Assembly: GCF_000181795.1 (NCBI RefSeq)
Contig: NW_003526943.1
Coordinates: 3,424,609 to 3,488,608, forward strand
Direction: 5' to 3'
Length of the DNA: 64,000 nt
DNA from: Trichinella spiralis
Taxonomy: Eukaryota
The notes under the pieces were generated by a model. It was given only the letters and a program-made list of their open reading frames with translations, made no database searches and had not been told where the DNA came from. The translations under genes were made by a program, and so were the position numbers. Below, piece by piece: positions 42,501 through 55,103 of this stretch (the stretch's first letter is position 1; every line of letters starts with the position of its first letter).

Positions 42501-44264
42501 TTTTCTTTTTGTAGATCTTTCACCTTGTCAAGAAAATCCTTGTCGAAATGGTGGTCGATGTCGTGAAATTCCAAATGGCAATTTATCCTACACGTGTCTT
42601 TGTTCTGAAGGATTTTACGGCGACAGGTGTGAAAATGGTATGCTCAATTTGGGACGAGATTATTTAGTGAATATAATATATGCATAATCAACTGTCTGTG
42701 AATAATATTTGGACAGTTGCTATATATTTTGTCATAAAATGCGAATGTTGAAAGTTTTCATTTTAAGCTTACATTGCGTGCCATTCTGGAAGCTGCATAA
42801 AACCGCATGGACAATGTACTGAGAAGAGAGGAAAGCCAAGTTATACATGCCTCTGCTCACCCGGATACGGTGGTGATCAGTGTGAAAGATGTTAGTTTGC
42901 AAAAGTGTTATTCTGATTAGTGATTTGTGAAAATATAATGATTGGTGACTTTTTTTTTCAAAGATGCTTCCGTGTGCTTTGCAAAATGCTACTATGGAAC
43001 ATGTACAGAAAATATTATCGGTTTCAGTTGTCAATGCAACGAAGGCTATACTGGAAAAAATTGCTTGATAGGTAAGTAGTGTTTATAGTTTGTAGTTCGA
43101 ACAATAATTACTTTCATATTTTAGTTAACTTAAAAAAATTATTTTTCACTTTGTTAATATCGTTTATCACTTTGAAATATCCACTGCTGAACTACTTACT
43201 TCCTCTGAATGTGAAAGCAATATTAAAAAGAAAAAAATATATATATATATTTGTTCCAAGTGTTATTACTTTTTTATTGTTGATTTGTGATTTTTGCAAA
43301 ATGTAAGGCTATTAATTTTATACAGTTTTTTTCAATTGCTTGTTGTACCGTATCAGTTGATTTTCTTCAGTTTTTCTTTTTTGTATGCATGACAAGGCAT
43401 GCAAATTAAGTTGAACGGACAGAAATTTCAATTGCATATAGAAGAAGGCAAAATTTATTTCAGACATTAATGACTGTGAAGCAGGACTGTGCAAAAATGG
43501 CGGAACATGCGTTGACGAGGTCAATTCATACCGTTGTATTTGTCGTCCTCCTTACACCGGTGAAAATTGTGAACAACGTGAGTGTTATTATTTATTTTCA
43601 ATGCTTTTTTTTAATTTTTTTTATTATACACATTTAAAATTAATCGTATTTTTTAAATTGATATTAAAAAGTATTAAGTATAATTGTTTATTATTTTTTC
43701 AAACATGCCCATCTGAAAGTGCAAAATTATGAATGAACAATATAATATGTTACATTCATATGCTGTTTTTGAAAGTTCAAGTTTCACATTTAAAAAAAAT
43801 AATTTGACGAATACATCGTATTTGAATGAGAAACAAATTAGCCGAGTGTTAATGAATGAAAGTGGAAATTTTTTACAATTGTTCGTTGAGAATTAAAAAA
43901 AATATTTTCAGTGATTACTACATCGGTGGTTGCCACGACTGTTTTGAGTAGTACAACTGCAGCACCGAAACGACCGACAATATTTGCCAAAAAATTGATC
44001 GACATCGATCAAGATACCATTTACATTGCTATGATTGTCGCTTTGGCAGCTTTGCTTTTCGCATTGATTGTTAGTTTGTTTCATGTGAGTGAAAATTTTC
44101 AAAATCACAAACCGCATTCATATTCAACGCAAAACTTTTCAAATTTTTATTTAATACAAATTTATTTAAAATATACTTTTGTTTTTGAAATCTTACTTTG
44201 TCATGCGCTAATTTTCTTACAGATTTTGTGTGGGCAGCTGAGCGAAGACAATTTATCCGAATAG
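39598..44264 (+). CDS. Type I membrane protein: signal peptide, divergent C-type-lectin-like domain, ~8-9 EGF repeats, Thr/Ser stalk, TM, short tail
   Basis: Exon 1 MEMVQAGR splices to a hydrophobic signal. WESAAWDC...AICQ suggests a CTLD. One EGF per phase-1 exon, including calcium-binding-type [10 protein letters not shown] and [33 protein letters not shown]; stop at 44264. Confidence 0.85.
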
Positions 44265-44759
44265 AAGAAGATCATCCATCGATTCCTCCGATCATGCTAT
44301 TATTGTCAGTTGTCAACACATACTGTGTGCATGTGGTGATTGATGATGACGCATCATTTGTGCAATTTATTGTAATGATTAACATTTATTCGTCCAAAAA
44401 ATATACATTTACAAACATCACAGAGGTGAAGTTACTGTTGTTGTTTTTTCTAAAGTTGGCTTCTATAAAATTTCATTTTATTTCTAAAATTTTTTAAAGT
44501 TTTACAAATAAATGGTCATTTAGTTCTTTAATTTCTTATTATTGATATATTAGAGTCCGTATTTCACTGCAAATCTATAAAATACATACATATATGTATA
44601 GTACAAAATCCTCTTGTTGTTGTGCATGAAATACAAAGTAAAAAATTAATAAACCTCTTAAAAGCTGCATGTTTCGAAAGGCAAAGAAATGTGCACAAAT
44701 AGAGTACTGTTTTGAAAGTTAAAAGAAATCTCTGAACATCAACATGGCATAAGCACTGA

Positions 44760-46774
44760 TTACAAAATATAAACACGGTCAGCTTCTTTCAACGAAAAGC
44801 TTTGTCTAGTTCTCGGACAAACCATCTTCCCACCATTTTGAGTTGCAATTGCCAACAAAGAACTCTGCCCGTAAACAAAACCGTTCGGCAACACAAATGG
44901 CGGATTATTCTCGTTTAAAGGTTCCCCGCTGTATGGACAGATGAGACGTGACTGAGATACGTGAGCCACGGGCAGCTGTTCAGACAACAAGCGCACTTCA
45001 TCCGTACAAGTTGGACATTGCTGTTGTAATTGTTGTTGCGCAAGCCGACTTTGTCTGAGAGCATTTTCTTGACTATCGTCCGAACCATGCGTCGGACTAC
45101 GCTGGGGAAATGACACTACTGGGTATGGATCATAATTTCCGAGCATGCAACGAGGGGTTTTGATTGCCGAGATGCCGCACTGCAAGCAGGTTGAAAATAC
45201 TGAATAAACCCCAAGCTGATACAGACGCAAGTTTTCGCACCGAAACACTTCCACCAATTCATCCCAACGATCCCCTGACATGAGGCTTTTATATCTTTCA
45301 CAATTTGAAGCTGGATGAAACGCAAGAAGACCTAGAATTGGCATCAGCTGACCCCAGGATGCCAATTCAACAGAGCCAAAGTGTTTAGTCGCATAGCGCA
45401 CAGCTGCCAGTTTATCGCCCATTCGTACGAGCTCTATAAAATCCTGCTGGCGAACCTGAAGCGAAAAAAAGTAAGAAAAAATACTTAATTTACAACCTAA
45501 TAAAATCAATCACACCAAACGCCACAGAAAATTTCATATAAAATATAATTCGACTCGCTATACATAATATTAAATAACTTGACGATCAAGTATATACAGT
45601 ACACTTAATTGTAACACAAAATAAAAAATAAAATAGCAAATGATAAAAATGCAATAGTAATGCATGTATTTATAAATAAAAAAAATTTGATATAAATGAA
45701 TATTCTCAAAAAGTCTTGGGAATTAAACAAAAATGCGCTACTCTGCTGAAGAACACCCCGATGATTACCTTGAGTTCGAGAGTGCTTTTCAATCTGCGCA
45801 GACGAGAGCGGTTTTCATAACACCAGTCCAAACAGGGTCCAGTTTCATGTCGCTTTAGGGAGTCTTCGACAAGCCTGGCGTGGGCAAAAATGGCCATATT
45901 GGTCAGATGAGCAATGTTGCAACGTTCCGCAACAGCAGCTGCGATGTCATAATAGCCGCTTCGCAGCAAATAATCCACCAAAATTCTTTCAATCCTTGTT
46001 TGTCGCCAACACTGTTTCTCTTTGCAATCAGAAGATACTGAACCAACACCAATCTTTAATTTTACAAACAAACATTAAAAATACATATTCAACATTTTCC
46101 AGGATTATAAACAAATAGCTTATAACTGCTTATCTGAAAATGTTTCATGTACATAAATGATCAACAATGTCACCTTATATTTTAGTTCATTTCAGTGATA
46201 TAAACTTAAAATTCGTATCCAATAAATTTAAATTCGGCATCTTCGTGAAATTTTCATACTAAAATTAGCAACTAATTTGATATACGAATATCTGATTTAA
46301 AGTTTTCTAGATTCTGTTCGATTTTATTATCATAGAATAAAGTAAAATTTAAAACCTCTGAAAAAAAGTTTCAAATTAAATCTCATTAGATCACAAATAA
46401 TTTCTAATAAATCAATATTTCCTCAATTTGTTAGAAAGAAAAATTTTCAGAAAACTTACTTTAAGATGGTCAATTCGAGTGTTAATTGCATCCATGGCTT
46501 GAACTTCCTGTTGAACATTATCATGTAATTTTTCTTGTAAAGCACGCAATTTCTCCTCCAACTGGACAGTCCAAGGATTTAAATCATTTGCATTAACAAC
46601 AGGATTTCTCAACAACTTCTCTATTTCGTTAAGACAGTCACCAATCCGAGTCGCATCACGGTCTAACGTCTTTTGTGTTATGCGAAACTTTTTGTTCAAC
46701 ACTTCATACGGGACCTTCAGTGTAGAATGTTCCAGGGCCCAAAGTTCTGCCATTTGATCAGTCGGAAGTGCCAT
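44760..46774 (-). CDS. MAEA: Macrophage erythroblast attacher (CTLH/GID E3 ligase subunit), 3 exons
   Basis: LEHSTLKVPYEVLNKKFR, LisH (RILVDYLLRSGYY), CTLH (CLDWCYENRSRLRRLKSTLE) and C-terminal SRLICPYSGEPLNENNPPFVLPNG. Exons 46774-46460, 46053-45769, 45455-44760. Confidence 0.95.
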
Positions 46775-48313
46775 ATAAGCTTAAACTGAACATTTTCATC
46801 ATATTAAACAGAACAAATTATTTTAAAATTGATTTTTGAAACAATTATAATTTTACTGATGAAGCAAAGTTATAGTGGTAAAGAAAAAACAATGCAAATA
46901 TTTATACTGACATAAGGTATATTTTATACTAAGATTCTCAAGCAGTAGTAAATAGTGAATCAATAAAAACAATTTGTTTATGTTTCTTATTCATATTATA
47001 TTAGTTATTATGCAATAAATACACTAGACATTTGGCATTAACACACAGCACTAACTACAAATAAGCTTAGCATGACAATGTAAATTAGTGTAAATTCTTA
47101 CTGTATATTTTTAACATATTTAAGTATAATCAGTAATAATTTACTTTTCTATCTGATTTAAATGTTATAAAATGTAAATCTTATTCATGAGTTGCAGCAA
47201 TTTGTGATTGTAATTTTTACTGACATAAGTTTATAATTATTTGGGCATATTTTATTTATAAATTTGAATTGTGCTTTCTTGATAAATGTTGAAAAAATCT
47301 GTGATGTGATAAGATTGTTTATTAATTAGAAATAATAAATAACTAATAATAATAATTAATCAGTTAAGCATTACTGTGTCATGCATCTGCTAAGTTTAAT
47401 TCTTTTCTTTCATTGAATACATGTTTAGTAAAAAGGCACAGAAAAACATGATGTTTTGATGATGATGATGATGATGTACATATTATCGGAAGAAAATCAT
47501 TCATTTACTTTGTTGAACTGATATCGTCAAGTAAACAGAAGAAACAGTTCTATATAATTACAATAATATAAATCATTTTTTAAAATAAAACAAATTATTC
47601 AATTATACTTTTATTTAATTATTATGTTTGTAACGCTTACGGTTGCGTTAACAATTAAAAAAAGTCAAGATTAAAAGGAAGAAAATAACGTAGGCGCTAA
47701 GTCAAGAATAATAATTACGTTGGCAGATTTAAAAAAGAATGGCGTCTATCCAGCGACACAAAAATTTTCCTATATATAGTGATTTTGACGCTTAGTCTGA
47801 AAATGTGTGGTTAGCGTGTGTGTTGGTTGTTAGTGTTCGTATCTGTTTATGAATAAACGTTCAAGACGAGAGATATGCCTCGCATGAATGACCGACAAAA
47901 GTCTACCGTAACTCCGGTTGCTACAATTTAAATGCATTTCTTTAATTCATGTTTCGTTAAGTTCTTTATGCTTTAAAATTAAATGGAAAATAGTTTAAAA
48001 ATGAATAAATTAATGAATTAAAAAATAATCATTTGTACAGTTCTGAATTTTTAGTATAAAAAACTTAAATAAAATTGAACTTTATTTTTATTTTTAAGTA
48101 CTGTATGTTGGATTGTTAGGTTATTTTTGTAAGTTGATTCTTGCGTCTTTTGTCGAGTGCGGCAGTTTTCGATTACGGCATCTGGAAGTTGATTTTGGTT
48201 TTAAATATATTGTTAATTAAAATAATTTGAGCTGATTTCTTCAATTTATTACCTGGTACAAGTAGTAATACAAATTCAAAAGTTTCTTCTTAACTTTTCC
48301 TTTAATAAAAGAA

Positions 48314-49787
48314 ATGGATTTTTCTCAATCTGATACGAAGCAGAAGTTGGAAGAGTTTTGGAAGCTTCAGTTGGACAGAATTAGTAAAATGGATGCGGTA
48401 TGTTTTTTATTTTAATATTTATGAGTAATATATGTCATGTTTACAGGCTAGTGTTCGAAATCCCCGATTGTTAGATTTGCCAATAGCTCGAGTGAAAAAA
48501 ATTATGAAATTGGATGAAGAAGTGAAACCATTAATGATTAGTGCTGAAGCTCCCGTTTTATTAGCCAAAGCGGCACAAATGTTTATTGAAAATTTAACTC
48601 TTCGAGCTTGGGGTCATACTGAAGAGAATAAAAGAAAGACACTGCAGGTACTTGTTTTATTTTAGTTAAGGTTTTTCTCTTCATATTTGATGTTTTTTTA
48701 TTACAATAATTGTTATGATAAATTATAAATAATTCATTTTATTTTATATTTATTACAAATTTTTTAAATTGAAGTATGTATTCTGTTATTTTTTGTTCTG
48801 ACATCTGAAACAATGAAATTATCAAAAATGAAATTCAAAACATCCATTTTAGAAGCATCATTTAAATATTTGTTTAAATTTCCTACTAATGATTTTTTAC
48901 TTATTCTGAAGGTAAATTATTAAATATAGTTAAAGTCGAACTTTCTAAGCAAGTGAAATTCAAACAAGCCTGTTTAGAAGAATGACATAGCTATGGCGAT
49001 TTCCAAGGACGATCAGTTTGATTTTTTAATTGACACAGTGCCTCGAGAGCATGCTCCAAAAGTAAAACTACAGGTTTGGTGATGCTTTTGCTTGTGTTAT
49101 TGAGTGGAAATTGTTAATAGGCTCCTGCATCATCAGTATCGGGTCAGTGTGGTCCAATTATTGTTGGCACTGGAGGAAATTTAGAAGCCCCTGTAGAATC
49201 GTTGCAGTATTTTATTCAGCTTGGATCTGTTCCTTTACAAGAAGGATCTGGTGCCCAGCAGCTGAATGAATCTCAACTCCTTCAGCTTCCCAATGGTCAA
49301 GTTTACAGTGCTATTACTGTTCCACCGCATCTAATTACCGGCAACACTCCGATGCAAATATTGTCACCAATGAATTGTAACAACGGACAAGAGCAGCCAA
49401 TGTTACAGCAGTTTCTAGCTGTGGACAGTTCTACTGGTCAGCTTCAAGCTATTCAGGTTAAGCAGTTTGGTTTTGTATTTTAAACTGTCGATTTTATATT
49501 TTGCATATGTATGTATTTTGTATTATAGGTCGATCAGAATCAGATGGAAGCCGGCAATTCAAATAATTCAGTTGTTGGTTCGTCATTATCGCAACTAAAT
49601 GCAATGCCAACCACGTTAATTTTGCAGTCATCAGATGGGCAGCCCTATCATGAGCTTCAAATTACTAATTTAGAGCAAACAGTAAAAAATAAATTTTTGA
49701 ATTTTATATTATTTATAAGTGCTATTCTGTTTACAGTATAATTTTGATGAAAACTTTTTTTAGGATGGTGATAACGCTTCTGGGTAA
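48314..49787 (+). CDS. NFYC: Nuclear transcription factor Y subunit gamma, ~6 exons
   Basis: Histone fold [70 protein letters not shown], followed by a Gln-rich C-terminus. Confidence 0.95.
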
Positions 49788-50237
49788 CTAGAACACACAA
49801 AAGTTCCCACTCCTGTACCTTATTATCCACTAAACTTTTTAAGGTAATTCAATACACTGACAGTGTATATTGTAAGGTTTGTTATAGTGACCAAATTGTT
49901 TATTTATTACCATTTTGTCGTGTTACTATATTCTTTTGTTTGTTATTGATATGTACAATAGATATTAAGAATTAATAAAAGATTTTGCTTATTTAGAGTA
50001 GTTCTTTAGTTTTTTTACATAAGAAGTAAAATTACTTTCTTTTTTGGTTTATTATAATTCTATGCCAAGAATTATTATGTGAATAGCAGTTTCATTTTTG
50101 GAGATGAATGTTATCAGACTGCTATTCTAAACAGGTTTATATTTTACAGGTAAAATACTACACTACATCATAGATTACAGAATGCGCCCAAATATTGTAA
50201 ATAAATAGGATATTATAAATAAGTATAATTTTTTAAA

Positions 50238-50696
50238 TGTAACGCCTTTCTAGCTCAGCGCACTATCTCATCCGATAATTGTTTTTGAAGGATTGTCTGT
50301 CCGGACGATGGTCTCTGATAACGGTCATCAACACGGTTCCACCTCCGTTGCACCACAGAAAAAGCTCCTACTGTTGGCAGTATTTTTGTACAGTAGAGCA
50401 GTTGGCGCTCCTACTGTCAACATCCAGCACTTGATTCGTCCAGTCATGTGGTCACGTCCATCGCTTAACGACCGTCTTAACCTGCATCCCCAGGAGGAAG
50501 ACGATCGGTTGGTGCGGGGATGATGTTGTGTAGCGCTCTCTTGCTGGTGTATTGTTCATTTTTTTACTCCTGAATAAATAGTTATACCTCACGTTTCGTC
50601 GTGTGTTTGTCTCATAATGCTGAAGAGCCGCTCAATGTCAATGGAGCCGGTAGAGAGTGAGAAAATTCAGCTGGAAAAAAAACTCGGCATGTTACA
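50238..50696. mobile_element. 459-bp decayed element with TGTAAC...GTTACA termini, 4-bp TAAA flanking duplication and an integrase-like fragment (Gypsy- or Ginger-related)
   Basis: Inverted termini; TAAA at 50234-50237 and 50697-50700; internal GLSVRTMVSDNG resembling the rve integrase GLPxxxVSDNG motif. Confidence 0.55.
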
Positions 50697-50952
50697 TAAA
50701 ATATTTTGAGAAGACAATAAAATACAGCTTTTATATAACTGAGAATGTTGAATGAATCTGTATTTTTAATTCAGCGTTATCTATGTTAACTTCATATTTT
50801 TAGATTGAATTTTAAAGTACTTAATACAACTACTGATTAAAACGAAACAATAAATCTACAGCACACAAAACTTGATCTGAATAACTGTTTTTGTTATTGC
50901 ATTATAACAAATTTTTGCATTTCGTAGTTTTCATTCGTGTAATGATGAAGTA

Positions 50953-52308
50953 CAGTAGAACTGCGATTATACGAACACACGATTATTGGAATCCGGCTAA
51001 TTGAATTTTCGAATAATCAAACGTTTTCAGTTTTTTTTAATGTATATACATAACTGAAGCCTTTATAGCTGTTATCTTCAATCAGACGCAGAATAGTAAA
51101 CATTCTGTTTATTATGCGACGCTATTTATTTTTTCCTTGTTTAAATTGCATGCAACGTTTATTAGTGCTACATTCAAAAAGTACCAGTTTACTCCGTGTC
51201 ATATTCTATAGTTTTTGTTTGAACCAAGATAGCTTCCGTGCAGCGACATCACAAATATGTATCATTAGCATCAGCTGAGTAGCGCTGAATTCTTTCTGCT
51301 GCTCCATTCACTTCAAGCCGACTTTGAAGCAAGAATAGGCTTCTGAATAGCTCGGTACTTCATTTTCATCTTCTTCCACTGCTTCATCGCCACTTAACGT
51401 TTTAAATAATGTGATATCATCAACAGTTAGCAATTTTTCGACTTCTTCCTGCGATAACTCAGGATTTTTTAACATTTATGTTACAGTTGTACAGTTCATC
51501 ATCACAGTCCATAGATTGGTTTACACAGTTTTCATTGTAACCAAAAAGTTTATTCCATGATACTCCCAAAGTAGATCCTGAAATCGCGTTCCGCACTTGC
51601 ACAATCATATAGCAACAATCTTTCAAATTCATGTTTCTAAGTTGTGACACTAGATTGTCTCTGTCAGCATCTAAAAGGACAACTCTTCGCAAGAGTTCCT
51701 TCTTATGTCGCTTTTTTAAACTTTGAATAGCAGTTTGATTCATTAGCTAAACAAGCGACGATTACTTGAACAAGCCATTTTCACGGTGTAGCAATTCTCA
51801 ACTGGAATGGCAAGGTGCATTATCAATTATGATTAACATCTTTCCTGATTTTTTTGTCTTCTGCTAGTATTCTTTAACGTAAGTAATAAGTATCTCATCA
51901 TAACAACAGGAAAAAACATCTCCTGTTATCTAGGATTGTGACTGAAAATCATAAACCATCGGCAACGTCCACACACAATCATAGCTCATTGACGTTTTGA
52001 TTCTCCAACTAACAACAGTTGTGAACGATCTCTACATGTAGCATTCGGGCAACAAAGAAGAGTTACTTCTTCCCATGACTGCAAGCTTTTACTTTTTTTA
52101 CTTAGTTTTTGCTGCAAACTCAAAACCTTTCTAGTAGTAGATATACCGGACAAAAATTACCAAACAGCAGAATGTTAAAATATTATTAAAATTCTGATTC
52201 AGTTTAATAAATAAACATCATAAATAATGCATGCATCATAAACAATGCATTTTAACCAGCCGATCAAAATGTGTTCGGATAATCAGTAATCGGATAATAG
52301 GATTACAG
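50953..52308 (-). mobile_element. Degenerate Tigger/pogo (Jerky-like DDE) DNA transposon
   Basis: Broken minus-strand frames encode EEVTLLCCPNAT, IIDNAPCH and MNQTAIQSLKKRHKKELLRR...NLKDCCYMI. Degenerate TIRs (CAGTAGAACTGCGATTATACGA / TCGGATAATAGGATTACAG) are each flanked by TA. Confidence 0.85.
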
Positions 52309-52362
52309 TATAGCTTTATATATTTAAACTTAATTTTCTGAATTACTGTATAATGATAAGGA

Positions 52363-52584
52363 ATGAATGTTTATTCGTACGATGGTGCTTTTGTTGTCAT
52401 TTTATTAGTGGTGTGTACTTGTGCATACTTTCGTCGTATACCTCGCTTGAAAAAGTGGTTCTTTTCTGATAAAAGTGGTATTTGGGGTGTTTGTTACAAA
52501 GCGAGCGTAATCGGCATTCGGTTACACGCTCTTGTTGCTTTACTTTGTATTTTCTCATCTGTTTACATTCTTTTCTTCCGTTAA
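52363..52584 (+). CDS. TMEM167: Protein kish (TMEM167 family), intronless
   Basis: 73 aa; VILLVVCTCAYFRRIP..GIWGVCYKASVIGIRLH matches the kish/DUF1242 pattern. Confidence 0.92.
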   Translation: MNVYSYDGAFVVILLVVCTCAYFRRIPRLKKWFFSDKSGIWGVCYKASVIGIRLHALVALLCIFSSVYILFFR

Positions 52585-52672
52585 GCAGAACAGTAAGTGT
52601 GTTGTCTTCACTTATTTAAATAGAAACACTGTTTAGTTTAGACATTTTGTTTAGCTGTATTTTTGCTCTGCT

Positions 52673-52903
52673 ATGGTACAACACAAAGTTAAACAGAAAA
52701 TCAGCCTTCCAGCTAATGCAAAATCGAGATCAGATCGCCATCGACAGCGTAAAGTGAAAAATAAAAGTGGCATGAAGAAAGGAAAATGGACCATTAAGCC
52801 AAAAAATTCAAAAGATTTGCAGCATTTTAAAAAAGAGATAGCGATTTCAAAGGTAATCAATGAAGAAAACGAAGAATTGATAACTGCTCGTGCAGTTGTT
52901 TGA
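52673..52903 (+). CDS. UPF0390 / C19orf53 (Leydig cell tumour 10 kDa)-like small basic protein
   Basis: 76-aa Lys-rich ORF. MVQHKVK...KKGKWTIKPK...ISKVINEENEELITARA resembles recalled C19orf53 (MAQGQRK..KGGRVIAPKK..IRKKIEHDVVMKA). AATAAA at ~52944. Confidence 0.75.
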   Translation: MVQHKVKQKISLPANAKSRSDRHRQRKVKNKSGMKKGKWTIKPKNSKDLQHFKKEIAISKVINEENEELITARAVV

Positions 52904-55103
52904 AGATGGTTCATGAATGATATTGATGCAGTTGATGAATTTGAATAAAAATGCTTGAATTCCAGTTTTATGTTAAATATGCTTTACGTTTAAAATGATG
53001 TTGAAGTATATAATTTCTGGTATTAGAATTTCAGAAAAAGCTGTACTCGAAGTCTCAGTAACATTAATATAAAAATGAATTTGTATTAAGCATCACAGGG
53101 ATTTAAATACAAAATGGGATGTTTTACTAACCTTTTTTTACCAAAAAAATCACTTTTATCATTAAAATACATTTTACTGAAAATATAGCTTAATACTAAA
53201 TTGCACTTTCAGATGATGAATATTTCGGTACCACTGTTGCATTATTTTTGCTGATATTAAATTTGTTTTTAATTAAAACAGCTTTTAGTAAATTATTTTT
53301 GATGCATTGAGAATTTATATTTGTCAGCAAAGTATAACTTGAATGAATATGAGTGCTATATAAATATATCAAGCCATAAATATATAAATATTGGCATTTA
53401 ATGAAACTGTAGTAACCAAAGTTTTACTGATTACTTTGAATTTTTGCTTGTTAACAAAGTATCCTGCATTACAAAATTGTTCTACTGTATTTATTTTAAA
53501 CAGTAAAGTTACGATAATTTTGGAAATTTTAATCGTACTACTAACTAAAAATATCGGTAAATGTTTAACAGAATAGCGTAAATGTACTGCATAAATTATG
53601 ATTAAAGGAAATCAAAAATTTATATTTTTATTGACTAATTAATCTTATAACGAAATTTGCATAAATAGTAGCGATGTTGTCATCATTAAAAAAATAATCA
53701 AGCTATTTGAAAATAAATTGATGAATAAATAACAAATCATCTAATACTCTTTTATTTACTTATTGCTTATATTTTGTCAGGTAGGTAGGAGTTCAATTCT
53801 CATTTAAGCTGTCATTCCATGGCCAAAACAATTGACTGAAATGAAGTAAAGTTTACAATACCCGTGTAATGTTATCACATACATTTAGCCTTGCTTCATC
53901 ATGTGGAAGAAGAAGAAGAAGGAGGTTAATTTGAATCTTTAATTAAGTCTTGCTTCACATCTATAAGAATACTTGGTATTCCATGGCATAACTACCGGCT
54001 CCTTTATTATTAAGGTCGTAATATGGCAACTTGTTGAAAAAGTTTTCATCAATTTCACAGCTCAACAAATAATGAATAGCAAGAGCTATTTGCTCGCTGC
54101 ATTATTGAAATCAGCGTGTACAATGCTAACGCACTGAGTTATCATGGATGGATGATATCCACAATCAACATTGATGCAGTGCAACACAGGCAGCTTATAT
54201 GCACATACTGTTTGCTCATAGTTGCTTACTTTAATGCACGATTTGATTTTATTTAGTATAATAAGCTGATAACTGACAATATATAGATAAGAATGCTAAA
54301 ATTCTTAAATATGATTCGTCAAAGTAAGATTTTTTCAAACACATTTTTATAACAAATTTTAAAGTTTAGCGAGTGCAATTATACATACAAAGGTACTGCA
54401 ATTGTTCCTGTTATTTTATTCCCCAGCGATAATAAAAATACTGAAAGATAATAAATATTGCTGTTAATTAACTAAGTACATTTGAATTAAACTTCGATGA
54501 ATTTAACGAATAAAATTAACAAATAGTTGATTACATATTTTCATTTAGAAAATGCACAAAAAATTATTACTACTACTAGAATTGTAAATTTTTTACAGGA
54601 AAATGGAAAATTATTCAAGAGAAGAAACAATTTTAAAGATTTAAAATGAATTGCAAATTATTTTTCTTTTTTTCGTTGAAAATTTCAATTTATGAGAAAA
54701 ATTCAATTATTAAATTTAAAATCATAATGAATTAGTTAAAAAAAAAATTTTTTTTTGGAAATTCAAGCATCCAGAGAATATAAATGAGACAGACAACAGA
54801 CGCGTTGAACAAAATATGCATGAATTGCTTTTTCTGTCTTGCCAGACTGGTTGTGAAGAACGTGATGCCGCCGGCTGTTCTTCACAAGATGCTGCCAAAA
54901 TTGTGTGTGATTCACAATTTTCGCATATAAACAAAAGCGACAATTAATAGCTGAACAGACAACTAACTGAGCGAGTCTCATCGTTTCATTTTCGACAACA
55001 TTCGCGTTGGAAAATAGACGACGTACGCAGACACAACTGGAAAAGCAACAGCATCAGACAAACCGATCGATTTTATTTAAATTTTTGAACAATTCTTTTA
55101 TCA

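Noticed and set aside
49850..49868. Short palindrome ATACACTG-A-CAGTGTAT in the NF-YC 3' UTR
   Set aside because: An 8-bp stem with a 1-nt loop is within chance expectation for 64 kb.
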